IMG/VR virus record: IMGVR_UViG_3300045988_171384
Location: 1 to 15,766 of that record
DNA length: 15,766 nt
Origin: a virus
Reading direction: 5' to 3' (one strand)
Positions 1-8,029 of the stretch are shown piece after piece (positions within the stretch are counted from its first letter, which is position 1; the number at the start of each line of letters is the position of its first letter). The notes under the pieces were generated by a model that was not told where the DNA came from, made no database searches, and was given only the letters and a program-made list of their open reading frames with translations. The translations under genes were made by a program, and so were the position numbers.

Positions 1-55
1 TCGAACCTGCAACCTCGGGATTGGTCGGTGATAACCAACATCAGTGAAGCTGCGT
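1..55. repeat. Left copy of the exact 55-bp terminal direct repeat
   Basis: tcgaacctgcaacctcgggattggtcggtgataaccaacatcagtgaagctgcgt is identical to 15712-15766, compared base by base. It starts exactly at window position 1. Confidence 0.97.
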
Positions 56-108
56 CGAGGTGTTTCGCTAATAGTGATTCTGAATGCGAGCTGATCGCAG
101 CCGCGTAA
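1..108 (+). CDS. 3' end of the repressor-like ORF in the joined (circular) map. It encodes ...SNLQPRDWSVITNISEAASRCFANSDSECELIAAA*
   Basis: The reading frame of the 15454 ORF enters the repeat as TCG at 15712, which equals position 1. The same frame stays open from 1 to TAA at 106-108, 11 nt before the int ATG. Confidence 0.45.
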   Translation, partial: SNLQPRDWSVITNISEAASRCFANSDSECELIAAA

Positions 109-118
109 TTATCTGTAT

Positions 119-931
119 ATGCAACTCATTACGATGCCGGTCGATTGGGCGGGATTGGCCTCGGAATATGAACGATATCTACTAGCTGCAGGATGCACTC
201 CAAAGACAGTGAAGCTGCGAAGAGGCTGGATTACGCGATTTGCTCGATGGATCGATTGCGCTCCCTTTGAAATCGAGCAGACAGCAGTCATCGAGTGGTC
301 AGCAGCGCAGAAATGGTCACAATCCACGCGTAGATCAGCAACTCAGTCTGTTAAGGGATTCTACACATGGGCATTATCGTTAGGATATTGCGACGCGATG
401 CCGAAGGTACCGCGCGTGCGGAAAAGTCCTGCTGCTCCGCATCCTGCAAGCAGTGCTGCGATTGCAGGATGCCTACAATCACGGGATTACAGAGTGCGCC
501 TAGCAACGCGCCTAGCAGTGGAGATAGGACTGCGACGTGCCGAAGTGTCTTGTATCAATGTCGATACTGATCTAATCGAAACAGGCGACGGCACAGCCTT
601 AATAGTCCACGGGAAGGGCAATAAGCCTCGTATCGTTCCGCTTACCGCTTCGCTTGCAGGCGAGCTGCGACAGCACAGGGGGTATGTGTTCCCCGGTCTG
701 GATTCGGGTCATATTAGCGCTGCTTGGCTCGGCACTCTCGTCTCCAGAGCGATGCCGAAGGGAGTCACTATGCACTCTCTCCGGCATACGTTTACGACGC
801 GCGCATATCAGGCGACGCGTGACCTCGTGGCACTCCAGAAAGTGTTAGGCCACGCGTCACCTGAGACCACGCTTGTATATCTGCAAATCGCAGACGCGTC
901 GCTAAGGCGTGTCATCGAAGCGGCTGCGTGA
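119..931 (+). CDS. int: Tyrosine recombinase / phage integrase (short XerC/D-like form, 270 aa, no arm-binding domain)
   Basis: Catalytic signature visible by eye: GLRRAEV (Arg), HGKGNK (Lys), HSLRHT (His-x-x-Arg), GHAS (His), TLVYL (Tyr). The N-terminal region looks like a SAM-like core-binding domain. There is no SD before the ATG. Confidence 0.9.
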   Translation: MQLITMPVDWAGLASEYERYLLAAGCTPKTVKLRRGWITRFARWIDCAPFEIEQTAVIEWSAAQKWSQSTRRSATQSVKGFYTWALSLGYCDAMPKVPRVRKSPAAPHPASSAAIAGCLQSRDYRVRLATRLAVEIGLRRAEVSCINVDTDLIETGDGTALIVHGKGNKPRIVPLTASLAGELRQHRGYVFPGLDSGHISAAWLGTLVSRAMPKGVTMHSLRHTFTTRAYQATRDLVALQKVLGHASPETTLVYLQIADASLRRVIEAAA

Positions 932-1237
932 GCGCTCTGCTTCAAGAGAAGCGATGCGTTTGCGCATTTCGCTGTGACTATCGTGCGCATGATCGTCGAT
1001 AGAATCCACCCTGCGCGTAATCTGCAGTAGCTGCGAGCTTTGATGATCGAGCTGATTGCCGTGCTCGTCAAGAGAGCGCTCGATGCGGTCGAGCTGATCT
1101 TTAACCGATGATCCGTGATTAGGCTCTAACTGATCGGCTGTGCGCCTTGCAGCAACGAGAGTAGCGATGCCTGTGATTGTAGCCGCTAGGCCACCAAAGC
1201 CGCCGAGAGCGGTTATCAGCTCAGCTGCTGCGTTCAT
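902..1237 (-). CDS. Lysis-cassette membrane protein, 111 aa, with an N-terminal TM helix and a charged coiled-coil tail (holin partner or lysis regulator)
   Basis: The internal ATG at 1237 gives MNAAAELITALGGFGGLAATITGIATLVAARR followed by a helical, charged C-terminus. It is the last gene of the late operon, directly after the holin. The upstream part of the 179-aa track ORF (GTG start) overlaps the holin in another frame and looks non-coding. Confidence 0.5.
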   Translation of the reverse strand: MNAAAELITALGGFGGLAATITGIATLVAARRTADQLEPNHGSSVKDQLDRIERSLDEHGNQLDHQSSQLLQITRRVDSIDDHAHDSHSEMRKRIASLEAERSRSRFDDTP

Positions 1238-1430
1238 TATCTGCTCGTGGGGTATGCATGAGGGCAGTCGATGTGCCGAGCACCGATGCTGCGAGAGCAA
1301 TCCACAGCGGTGCGGTAGCTTGATCGACGATCCCATAAATTGTGAGCAGCGGGACGAGCGCTGTGGTAATCCCGTATAGCCATGCGCGGAGCTGAGGGGT
1401 AAGCCAATTGGCATACTGAGGTGTTTCCAT
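1221..1430 (-). CDS. Holin-like protein, 69 aa, with two TM helices and a charged C-terminus
   Basis: Two hydrophobic helices (AWLYGITTALVPLLTIYGIV and APLWIALAASVLGTSTALM) are followed by the HTPRADNERSS tail. The ATG directly abuts the endolysin TAA (TAAATG). Confidence 0.55.
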   Translation of the reverse strand: METPQYANWLTPQLRAWLYGITTALVPLLTIYGIVDQATAPLWIALAASVLGTSTALMHTPRADNERSS

Positions 1431-2183
1431 TTACTTCGCACCTGCCTCGATCATCTTTGCAAGATCGTCGAGACGCTTGTTAAGCGCTGCGATTCCGTCG
1501 TAAACGCGGCTGAAATTCGTCGCATTCCACGCGGTTTCATCGACGGTGTTAGTCATCGCTCCAGTGCCCTTGCCATCTGAGCCCTTTTTTTCGACACCAC
1601 CGAGCAAAGCAGATTCGATGCGCTCAACGCGCAGATCAAGATAGGCAAGAATATCTGCCACACTAGCGTTATGTCCATCGGGACGAGTAATGCGGTCGGT
1701 GAGTTGCATTTCGTCAAATTCTCCTTCATTTGCAATTCGGTCGATTTCTGCAAGCTTGTCTGAGTAGTTTCCGGGGCAGGCAGTGGGGAAGTGATCGCAG
1801 TGACGAGAGAGGGGTAAATATCCGTGCTCAAAGCGGATCGCTGCGACGAGCTTTGCCACTGTGCGCAGGTCATCGTCTGTGCACGCTGGATGGCACTCAA
1901 TGCCGATGGTGCGCAGGTTATTACCGGAGCAGTGCCATGCACGATCGTTATCAGAGACGATCTGCGTGATACGTCCTGCAGAGACAACATAGTGAGCGGA
2001 TGTGCGCGCGCTGCGATTGCCGTTGCACAAGAAATCTACAACTCCATCATGAGTTTGATTCCACTCAGGCAGTCCCCACCAATGGATCACAATTCCGGTA
2101 GGTGGTCCAGCGGGACGGCCTTCGTCGTAATTCTCGGACTGACGTACATCGGTTACAGCCCAATTAGGCTCGATTCGTGTCAT
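1431..2183 (-). CDS. Endolysin, N-acetylmuramoyl-L-alanine amidase (Amidase_2/PGRP-type), 250 aa
   Basis: Motifs IVIHWWG, SAHYVV, RAWHCSG, IGIECH and HCDHFPTACPG are typical of zinc amidases. I use the ATG at 2183, which forms an ATGA overlap with the upstream stop. Position 2201 in the track is a GTG. Confidence 0.85.
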   Translation of the reverse strand: MTRIEPNWAVTDVRQSENYDEGRPAGPPTGIVIHWWGLPEWNQTHDGVVDFLCNGNRSARTSAHYVVSAGRITQIVSDNDRAWHCSGNNLRTIGIECHPACTDDDLRTVAKLVAAIRFEHGYLPLSRHCDHFPTACPGNYSDKLAEIDRIANEGEFDEMQLTDRITRPDGHNASVADILAYLDLRVERIESALLGGVEKKGSDGKGTGAMTNTVDETAWNATNFSRVYDGIAALNKRLDDLAKMIEAGAK

Positions 2184-2605
2184 TGCTGCCCTACCGTCCA
2201 CGTTGCATACCCTCGGTATGCTCCGTTGTTTTGAATATCAACGTCTCCGTAGCACAACACCCGTACCAATCCTTTATCAAGAAATATGGGCATGGGCCAA
2301 ATTCCGGGGCCAAAAAGCGTGCCACAAATTACCCATTCACGCGTTGAGGGTACGCGCACGAGATTGTTCACGCGCATCACGTCGATGATGCCACCGGGTC
2401 CCATATGGAAGCTTGATCCAGTGCGCACGAGGCTGATACTCAGATGAGTAGTCCCGTTTACTGTGCGAGCGACTCCACCACCGGGATCATGTCGCCAAGC
2501 TCCATCAAAGACAGGGAGCGTCACTGTCTGCTCTGTGTAGAGTTCTGAGAAATTCGCGTTGATTTCCTCAGCGCGAACGAGTTCGCCGGGTACAAACTTT
2601 TTCAT
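2180..2605 (-). CDS. Small distal tail protein, possibly a tail fibre or receptor-binding protein (141 aa)
   Basis: Called on position: last structural gene before lysis. It has a strong SD (AAGGAG) 5 nt upstream. The N-terminus PGELVRAEEINANFSEL resembles tail-fibre N-termini. No search was run. Confidence 0.35.
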   Translation of the reverse strand: MKKFVPGELVRAEEINANFSELYTEQTVTLPVFDGAWRHDPGGGVARTVNGTTHLSISLVRTGSSFHMGPGGIIDVMRVNNLVRVPSTREWVICGTLFGPGIWPMPIFLDKGLVRVLCYGDVDIQNNGAYRGYATWTVGQQ

Positions 2606-2614
2606 CGCGTCTCC

Positions 2615-4201
2615 TTATCGGTTTGCTACAAGTGTTAGGGCTGTTTTCCACGTGCGAGGGGTAATAGAGTGGCTGATGCGCGTAATTACTGTCGAGTGAG
2701 CGTCACCACGCGTTGCGACACTAGCGGAGGTGAGGGGATCGAGGACTGCTGCTGCGCTCATATGATCGAGGCGATTCTTAGGGCCAGAGCGGTGCGAAGG
2801 CTCGATAGTGACGCGCGAGGGGACCGGCAATTCAGTGGCACGCCGAAGTAGGCTGCGCGCGGCCTGCTCCACTCCTGCAGATAGAGTCATATCTACAGCT
2901 GCATTAGTGCCGTTCCATGCGGTCGAGGCCGTAGGATCAGTGACAACGGTTGTCGCATCGTCTGCGCGCAAATCGCCATTTTCGATCTTCATACCGTGGT
3001 TAGTCACGGTAATTGAGGCGATTGTTTCCCCTGAATCCCACTTTGTATCACTAGCGGTGTAGCTCCACCTGCGCTGCTGCAGGTCCGTATCCTCAGCGTC
3101 GCTAAGAGTGATAGCCGCGGTGGTCGAGGGCCGCGCAGCGCTGATATTTACGATGTTGTTTCGCGATACCCACCACATGCCACCAACCGACGCGCAGGCC
3201 GCGTCGATATGCTTCGCTAGATTTGTTTCCCAAACGGACGGGCACATATCAACATAGGAAGATGACGGCGTTGAATATGCAACATCGGGAGCGCTGCGCA
3301 TGAGCCGCTCGATGCGCCTAACCCACGGCTCAGGCGCATTAGATGCATCAACACGCGCACCGTGACGCGTGATCTGTGCGAGTCTTGCCACTGCATCAGA
3401 CGCGGTGAGAGTGACGTTATAATACGGTGTTGCCGAGCGCGGAGGCTGAAACTCGATTGACTGACTCGTGAGGTTGCCGGTAAACACGGGAACACGATCA
3501 GGCCAATACACGAGACGCACAGGCGCTCCGTAGGTCAATCCAAGTTCGCGAGGATCGAGGCCACCCGCTGCAGAGATAGTTAAGATTCCGACTTCTGCTG
3601 CGAAAATCGGGCCGCGATTCGTTACCCCACGCGTGACGCTCAGCGACGTGACAGGCGCGGTAATATCCTGCCAATCATGAGTGAGATTCTCGCTATAGAA
3701 ACGCTTCGTATCCCATAGAGACTCGTTAAACATTGCAGCGCTATGGTGCGGGACACCGTGACTGTATGCATCGCGATTGAAGCGCGAGTGATCAAAGCGC
3801 GCGCCGAGAGCGCCAATCAGCGGGAAATACGCCTGCAGGCTTAGGACGTGCGCGGGATACGGCTCAGCGGGAATGTGCACGGGGTCGGTAATCGTGAGGT
3901 TTTCCAGCTCAACGCGATTTGCTCCAGCAATCGTGATCTCAAAGCTTGCACCACAGGTAAACGTCGCTTCAACGGTGGTGGGTGTGTTCGCAGGGATGAG
4001 GTGATAGGTTTCAGCGACGGTGACAGCGCACTTCTTTGCGGATCGCACGCGAGCACTCACAGTGAGCGTATGACCGATAGGAAGATACTCGATTCTGCAG
4101 ACAGCGGCTGTAGTGATTCCGGTAATCACGGTGCGCGTGCCAAGCAGCTGAACTGTTCCACCGCTCCACTCATCAGCGCGCGGCGGCGCGAGTTTAATCA
4201 T
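2615..4201 (-). CDS. Minor tail / tail-tip protein (528 aa)
   Basis: Lies immediately downstream of the tape measure with an ATGA overlap at 4198-4201. Size and position fit a distal tail/tip protein. Confidence 0.5.
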   Translation of the reverse strand: MIKLAPPRADEWSGGTVQLLGTRTVITGITTAAVCRIEYLPIGHTLTVSARVRSAKKCAVTVAETYHLIPANTPTTVEATFTCGASFEITIAGANRVELENLTITDPVHIPAEPYPAHVLSLQAYFPLIGALGARFDHSRFNRDAYSHGVPHHSAAMFNESLWDTKRFYSENLTHDWQDITAPVTSLSVTRGVTNRGPIFAAEVGILTISAAGGLDPRELGLTYGAPVRLVYWPDRVPVFTGNLTSQSIEFQPPRSATPYYNVTLTASDAVARLAQITRHGARVDASNAPEPWVRRIERLMRSAPDVAYSTPSSSYVDMCPSVWETNLAKHIDAACASVGGMWWVSRNNIVNISAARPSTTAAITLSDAEDTDLQQRRWSYTASDTKWDSGETIASITVTNHGMKIENGDLRADDATTVVTDPTASTAWNGTNAAVDMTLSAGVEQAARSLLRRATELPVPSRVTIEPSHRSGPKNRLDHMSAAAVLDPLTSASVATRGDAHSTVITRISHSITPRTWKTALTLVANR

Positions 4202-6825
4202 CGGTTCACCCCATTCAGTCGCATGTACTCATTGAGGCTGTCAGCGAGCTTCCTACCGTTTTCGGGGGTTGGTTCAAGCATCTGCGCATCGACGCGGATG
4301 TTCACGACAGTTACATGTCCACCTGCAGCGCTGATCGCGTTCGGATCGAGCGCGTCAAATGACGTGTTAGAAATCATGTCGGTGAGGCCACCGAGCGAGC
4401 TTCGCACAGCCGGGAATCTACGCTCAAAGCCGTGGATAAGGCCATCAATAATCATCGAGCCAGCAGGCGTGAGCAGACGACGGTCGAGCGACTCCGGTCC
4501 CTTCCAGCTCGTGAGCTTATTCGTGAGCCATCCGAGACTGTCCTTGACCTTGCCAAACATGTGTTTGATGCCGTCAATAAAGCCTTGAATCAGCTGCGAG
4601 CCAGCGTTCCACAGAGCTGATCCAAGATTCCCAAGCGCACCGAGTGCGCGCGAAGGCAGGGAAGCAATCACGCCTACTACGGTGCTAAGGCCACCTGAGA
4701 CAGCGTTTTGTAGCCAGCTCATAGCACTGCGCGCAGTTCCTACAATCGCATTCCATCCACCGTTAAAGATGTTCGTAATAGTTGAAATAACGGTAGAAAC
4801 AATCGTAGAAATGAACTTGACTGCACTGCCTACAGCAGTTGATATCGCAGTCCAAACGCTCTGCGTTACAAAATAGATCGCGTTCCACACGGTCGAGATA
4901 ATCCCACCGACGAACTGCACAGCAGTTGCGACCACGCCAGTGAGGATATTCGCGAACGTCGAGATTACAGCTGTGATCGCGCTAATGATTGGATCGAGAG
5001 CGGTTAGAGCGGTGCTAAGAACGGTGGTGATTACCTGCGCAATCAGACTGAGGACATCAACTAGCGGGGTCAGAATCACTGATAGAACGTTCAGCACAAC
5101 GGATGCGATGTTACCGATAGCAGTAATCAGCGGAGCAAGCGCAGTAAATAGGTGCCCAAGCAGAGTTGCGACAGTAGCGAGAAGATTTCCTAGCGTCGGT
5201 AAGATAGGCATCAGCGCAGCGACAACGCGCGTAACAAGCGCGGTGACGATAGGCACGAGAGGCAGGACTGCCTGCACAACTGCCTGCACGACATCAGCGA
5301 TACCCTGCAGCAGAGGTGTGAGCGACGGGAGCACCGACGTGACAACCTCAGCGATAGTTGAGACGAGCGCTGCGACGGTAGGAAGAATAGATACCACCGC
5401 ATCCATGAGCACGCTTCCGATTTCATCGGCAAGTGTCTGCACGAGTGTCACTAGAGTGGGTAGCAGCGGCGCGAGAGTGTTCCCAAGCGTGGTGACAAGA
5501 TTCGTAATGACAGGAAGCACAGCGCCGATTCCCGTCGATAGTGCACCGGCAAGCTTGGGAAGCATCGGCACGAGCGACTGCATCAGGAAGTGCAGGGGAG
5601 AAAATGAACTAGCAAGCTGCGCTGCAGGGGCAATTAGTTGCGTGATGACGGGGGCAATCTGGCTGAATGCTTCTTTTATAGGTGCGAGCAGAGGCGCGAG
5701 AGCACTAAACGTGCCTTGCAGGATCGGGCGAAGATTTTCAAAAATAGAGCCGAGCTTTTCACCGATTCCGTTCGCGAAATCAGGAAGTGACGCGGGAAGC
5801 ATCGCGCGCAGAGCGACGGTGATCTTGCCTGCGATAGCGGTGAAGCGCGTGGCGACTGCATCTGGATCGACACCTGTTGCGTCTCGGATACGAGATTTCA
5901 CCGCTTCCATGACAGCTGCGACGCGAGTTGGAAGCTCAGAGAGGCGGTTCGCGCCTTCAATGATCTTGCCTGCGACGCGCTCACCTACTCCAGATAGCAG
6001 CGCTTGGATGCGAGGGCCGAGAAACTCAGCGAGCCTGTCAGCGTATGGCTTGATAGCCGAGGTGAGAGCATCGATGCCCTTCGTCGCTTCAAAAAAGACA
6101 GTTTTGATATGTGGGAAGATCGGAGACGAAGCGACTTGACCAAAGCGAGAGACAGCAGCGACCATGTTTGACCATGCGCCCTTAGTGGTGTCTGCCATGA
6201 TCTTGCCAGCACCACCAATATTTTTCTCGATAGCGCTAAGGAAGTGATCGAGGTCTACCTTGCCATCGGTGACCATCTTTCGCAGAGCTTCGGTGCTTAC
6301 ACCGTACTCGTCTGATAGGTACTTCCAGATCGGGATACCCTTATCAGCGAGCTGATTCATCTCCATCGTCGTAACTTTTTGGTTAGTTGCGACTTTTCCG
6401 AAGATGCTGCCCATTTCTTCCATGCTCACGCCTGCGATTTGAGCAGTGTCAGCGACGAGGCTCAGATAGCGGGCCATGTCTTTGCCGGGCTTGATCTGCG
6501 CTGCCATCGCAGAGGCGGCGGCGGTTGCAGCTGCGTCGAGGCCGTAGGCAGTGCCCTTGACAGATTTCAGGGCATCTTCTGATACTTGGCTTACCGTTGC
6601 TGCATCAGCGCCGAGAGCGCGCAGCTTTGCTTGTGCTTCCTCGATCTTCATCGAGCGAGCGATGCCCTTCGTCGCTGCAAGTCCTGCGAACGACAGGCCA
6701 AGAGCGCCGACAGTTTTTGTTGCTGTCGAGGTGAGAGTGCCAAGAGCGCCTGTGACGTGGTCGATCCCGCGACGGAATCCGCTAGTATTTGCAAGGATAT
6801 TGACAACTACGGTTTGTTTACCCAT
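4198..6825 (-). CDS. Tail tape measure protein (875 aa)
   Basis: Largest ORF, placed after the chaperone. The N-terminus has a TMP-core-like helical segment, followed by a long Ala/Leu/Val/Thr/Pro hydrophobic repeat core and a C-terminal GWLTNKLTSWKGPE region. SD AGGAAGG sits 7 nt upstream. Confidence 0.9.
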   Translation of the reverse strand: MGKQTVVVNILANTSGFRRGIDHVTGALGTLTSTATKTVGALGLSFAGLAATKGIARSMKIEEAQAKLRALGADAATVSQVSEDALKSVKGTAYGLDAAATAAASAMAAQIKPGKDMARYLSLVADTAQIAGVSMEEMGSIFGKVATNQKVTTMEMNQLADKGIPIWKYLSDEYGVSTEALRKMVTDGKVDLDHFLSAIEKNIGGAGKIMADTTKGAWSNMVAAVSRFGQVASSPIFPHIKTVFFEATKGIDALTSAIKPYADRLAEFLGPRIQALLSGVGERVAGKIIEGANRLSELPTRVAAVMEAVKSRIRDATGVDPDAVATRFTAIAGKITVALRAMLPASLPDFANGIGEKLGSIFENLRPILQGTFSALAPLLAPIKEAFSQIAPVITQLIAPAAQLASSFSPLHFLMQSLVPMLPKLAGALSTGIGAVLPVITNLVTTLGNTLAPLLPTLVTLVQTLADEIGSVLMDAVVSILPTVAALVSTIAEVVTSVLPSLTPLLQGIADVVQAVVQAVLPLVPIVTALVTRVVAALMPILPTLGNLLATVATLLGHLFTALAPLITAIGNIASVVLNVLSVILTPLVDVLSLIAQVITTVLSTALTALDPIISAITAVISTFANILTGVVATAVQFVGGIISTVWNAIYFVTQSVWTAISTAVGSAVKFISTIVSTVISTITNIFNGGWNAIVGTARSAMSWLQNAVSGGLSTVVGVIASLPSRALGALGNLGSALWNAGSQLIQGFIDGIKHMFGKVKDSLGWLTNKLTSWKGPESLDRRLLTPAGSMIIDGLIHGFERRFPAVRSSLGGLTDMISNTSFDALDPNAISAAGGHVTVVNIRVDAQMLEPTPENGRKLADSLNEYMRLNGVNR

Positions 6826-6837
6826 CGCGGGACCTTC

Positions 6838-7199
6838 CTATGTGCGCTGTTGGTTGATGACAGAGATGAACTCTCTAAGCTCCAGCAGAGTGAGGTTTTC
6901 ATACTCGCTCGGCTGCATATGAGCTGCGAGACACACGCGTGCTTTTTGCCGTGCGCGTGTCAGTTCGTAGGGTTTTCGCCTTCGTAGAGTCCTTCAAAAT
7001 AGGGCTCTGCTTCCTTCATCGAAAGAGCATCGATTTCATCGAGCGTGAGAGGCTTACCCATGCGCCGAGCGACCACGAAAATGATCGCTTGGAAGATGCC
7101 GCCGATGGGGGTTGTTTCCTTCTCAATTTGCCGGAACGAGACTCCAGAAATTTCTTCCATGAGCCGGATTTCAGCAATCGTGAAACTATCAAAGTTCAT
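6838..7199 (-). CDS. Tail assembly chaperone frameshift product (GT-like), about 120 aa, made by a -1 shift at A_AAC_CCT
   Basis: The -1 frame is open from just upstream of the G stop to TAG at 6840-6838 (43 extra codons, ...YELTRARQKARVCLAAHMQPSEYENLTLLELREFISVINQQRT). The frame arithmetic was checked by hand. Confidence 0.4.
6960..7199 (-). CDS. Tail assembly chaperone (G-like), 79 aa
   Basis: Small acidic ORF directly upstream of the tape measure. It is followed by 134 nt that are open only in the -1 frame. Confidence 0.55.
   Translation of the reverse strand: MNFDSFTIAEIRLMEEISGVSFRQIEKETTPIGGIFQAIIFVVARRMGKPLTLDEIDALSMKEAEPYFEGLYEGENPTN
6969..6975 (-). promoter_or_regulatory. Candidate -1 slippery heptamer A AAC CCU
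   Basis: Fits the X_XXY_YYZ pattern in the zero frame of the G ORF. It lies 3 codons before the G stop and inside the short window where the -1 frame is open. Confidence 0.35.
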
Positions 7200-7205
7200 T
7201 GTTTC

Positions 7206-7592
7206 TCATTTCAAATCACGTTTATGCAGGATCGCTCCCATGCCTTCTTCGAGGGCTGCGAGAGCTTGAAGCTGCCTATCTTCAAGGGCTTTTGTCAAGA
7301 ACGGGCGCGGCTTGATAGATCGCTTAGGCCATCCGTAATGAATGACGGCTGCATATCTGACGGGCCGAGACTCAAAGCCTGCCCTAATCGTTGCTTTTTG
7401 CTTCGCGTAGCCGGAGCGGATCGAGCCGTGAAGCATACCGCTGTCATACGGGACGAGTTCACGTGCACGAGCTGCGACGAGTTCACCGACCTGATGCATC
7501 AGGCCGCGCAGGTTGTCGCTGTCCGCTCCGGCTGCTTCCAGAGCACGAAGAGCCTTAGATAGCCCTTCGATCCGGTAACCGACGATAGGCAT
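7206..7592 (-). CDS. HK97 gp10-family head-tail joining / tail completion protein (128 aa)
   Basis: Family-like pattern IEGL...LVPYDSGMLHGSI...YAAVIHYGW...PRPFLTKAL. The start is taken at ATG 7592, which shares 1 nt with the upstream TGA (TGATG). The upstream 12 codons of the track ORF overlap the major tail gene. Confidence 0.65.
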   Translation of the reverse strand: MPIVGYRIEGLSKALRALEAAGADSDNLRGLMHQVGELVAARARELVPYDSGMLHGSIRSGYAKQKATIRAGFESRPVRYAAVIHYGWPKRSIKPRPFLTKALEDRQLQALAALEEGMGAILHKRDLK

Positions 7593-8029
7593 CAGGAGGG
7601 GAGAGGCCCGGTCTCGTTGAGCTTCCATTCGGTAACGGGAAGCTCAATATCGAACGTAGAAGTCTCGTTCACCTTCGAGGTGAGCGCGGGGGGCTTTTCG
7701 ATGGTGCACTTACCCGTGATGATCGGCTCATCAGCGGTGGGAGTCGAGTTGCCGTGAGGTGCAAACACGAAGGGCACAGTTTCACCGACGTGCTCAAAGA
7801 GGAAACGCCACAGGCTCGTCTTAGCGGTGGATTGGATCGCTGAGAGGCTCAGCTTCATCGTGGTTCCACCGGCCTGAATGCTTCCGAAGGTGTCTCCATC
7901 GGAGCTATCGGCTGCTGCAAGCTCGGCACTCGACATATCGGGCCAAACTTCCTTGCCATTGAGGTTAAATCCGAGTTTCTTACCGCGCAGGCGCGGAGAT
8001 TCCTTCGGTGCTGTCTGAGATGCTCCCAT
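7592..8029 (-). CDS. Major tail (tube) protein, 145 aa
   Basis: Sits between the terminator-like gene and the chaperone/TMP block. SD AAAGGA upstream. It is beta-rich and of suitable size. No search was run. Confidence 0.5.
   Translation of the reverse strand: MGASQTAPKESPRLRGKKLGFNLNGKEVWPDMSSAELAAADSSDGDTFGSIQAGGTTMKLSLSAIQSTAKTSLWRFLFEHVGETVPFVFAPHGNSTPTADEPIITGKCTIEKPPALTSKVNETSTFDIELPVTEWKLNETGPLPS

Noticed and set aside
935-966. Two small hairpins (GCTTC-AAGA-GAAGC and ATGCG-TTTG-CGCAT followed by TTT) after the int stop, as an intrinsic terminator
   Set aside because: The stems are only 5 bp with weak U-tracts, and they lie inside the converging 111-aa coding sequence. This is not convincing without RNA data.
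902-1441. 179-aa track ORF taken as one gene
   Set aside because: It begins with GTG. Its first 68 codons overlap the well-formed two-TM holin ORF in another frame and translate to Ser/Cys/His/Arg-rich nonsense. The internal ATG at 1237 gives a coherent TM plus coiled-coil protein.
4940-6139. 399-aa plus-strand ORF (also 3848-4588, 246 aa) antisense to the tape measure and tail genes
   Set aside because: Its low-complexity Ser/Thr/Ala/Arg-rich translation is the mirror of the biased TMP coding strand. It has no start context, and it lies entirely inside well-supported minus-strand genes. This is a typical GC-rich antisense artefact.
6939-7562. 207-aa plus-strand ORF across the chaperone and gp10-like genes
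   Set aside because: It is antisense to two genes that have recognisable features, and its translation has no motif and a biased composition.
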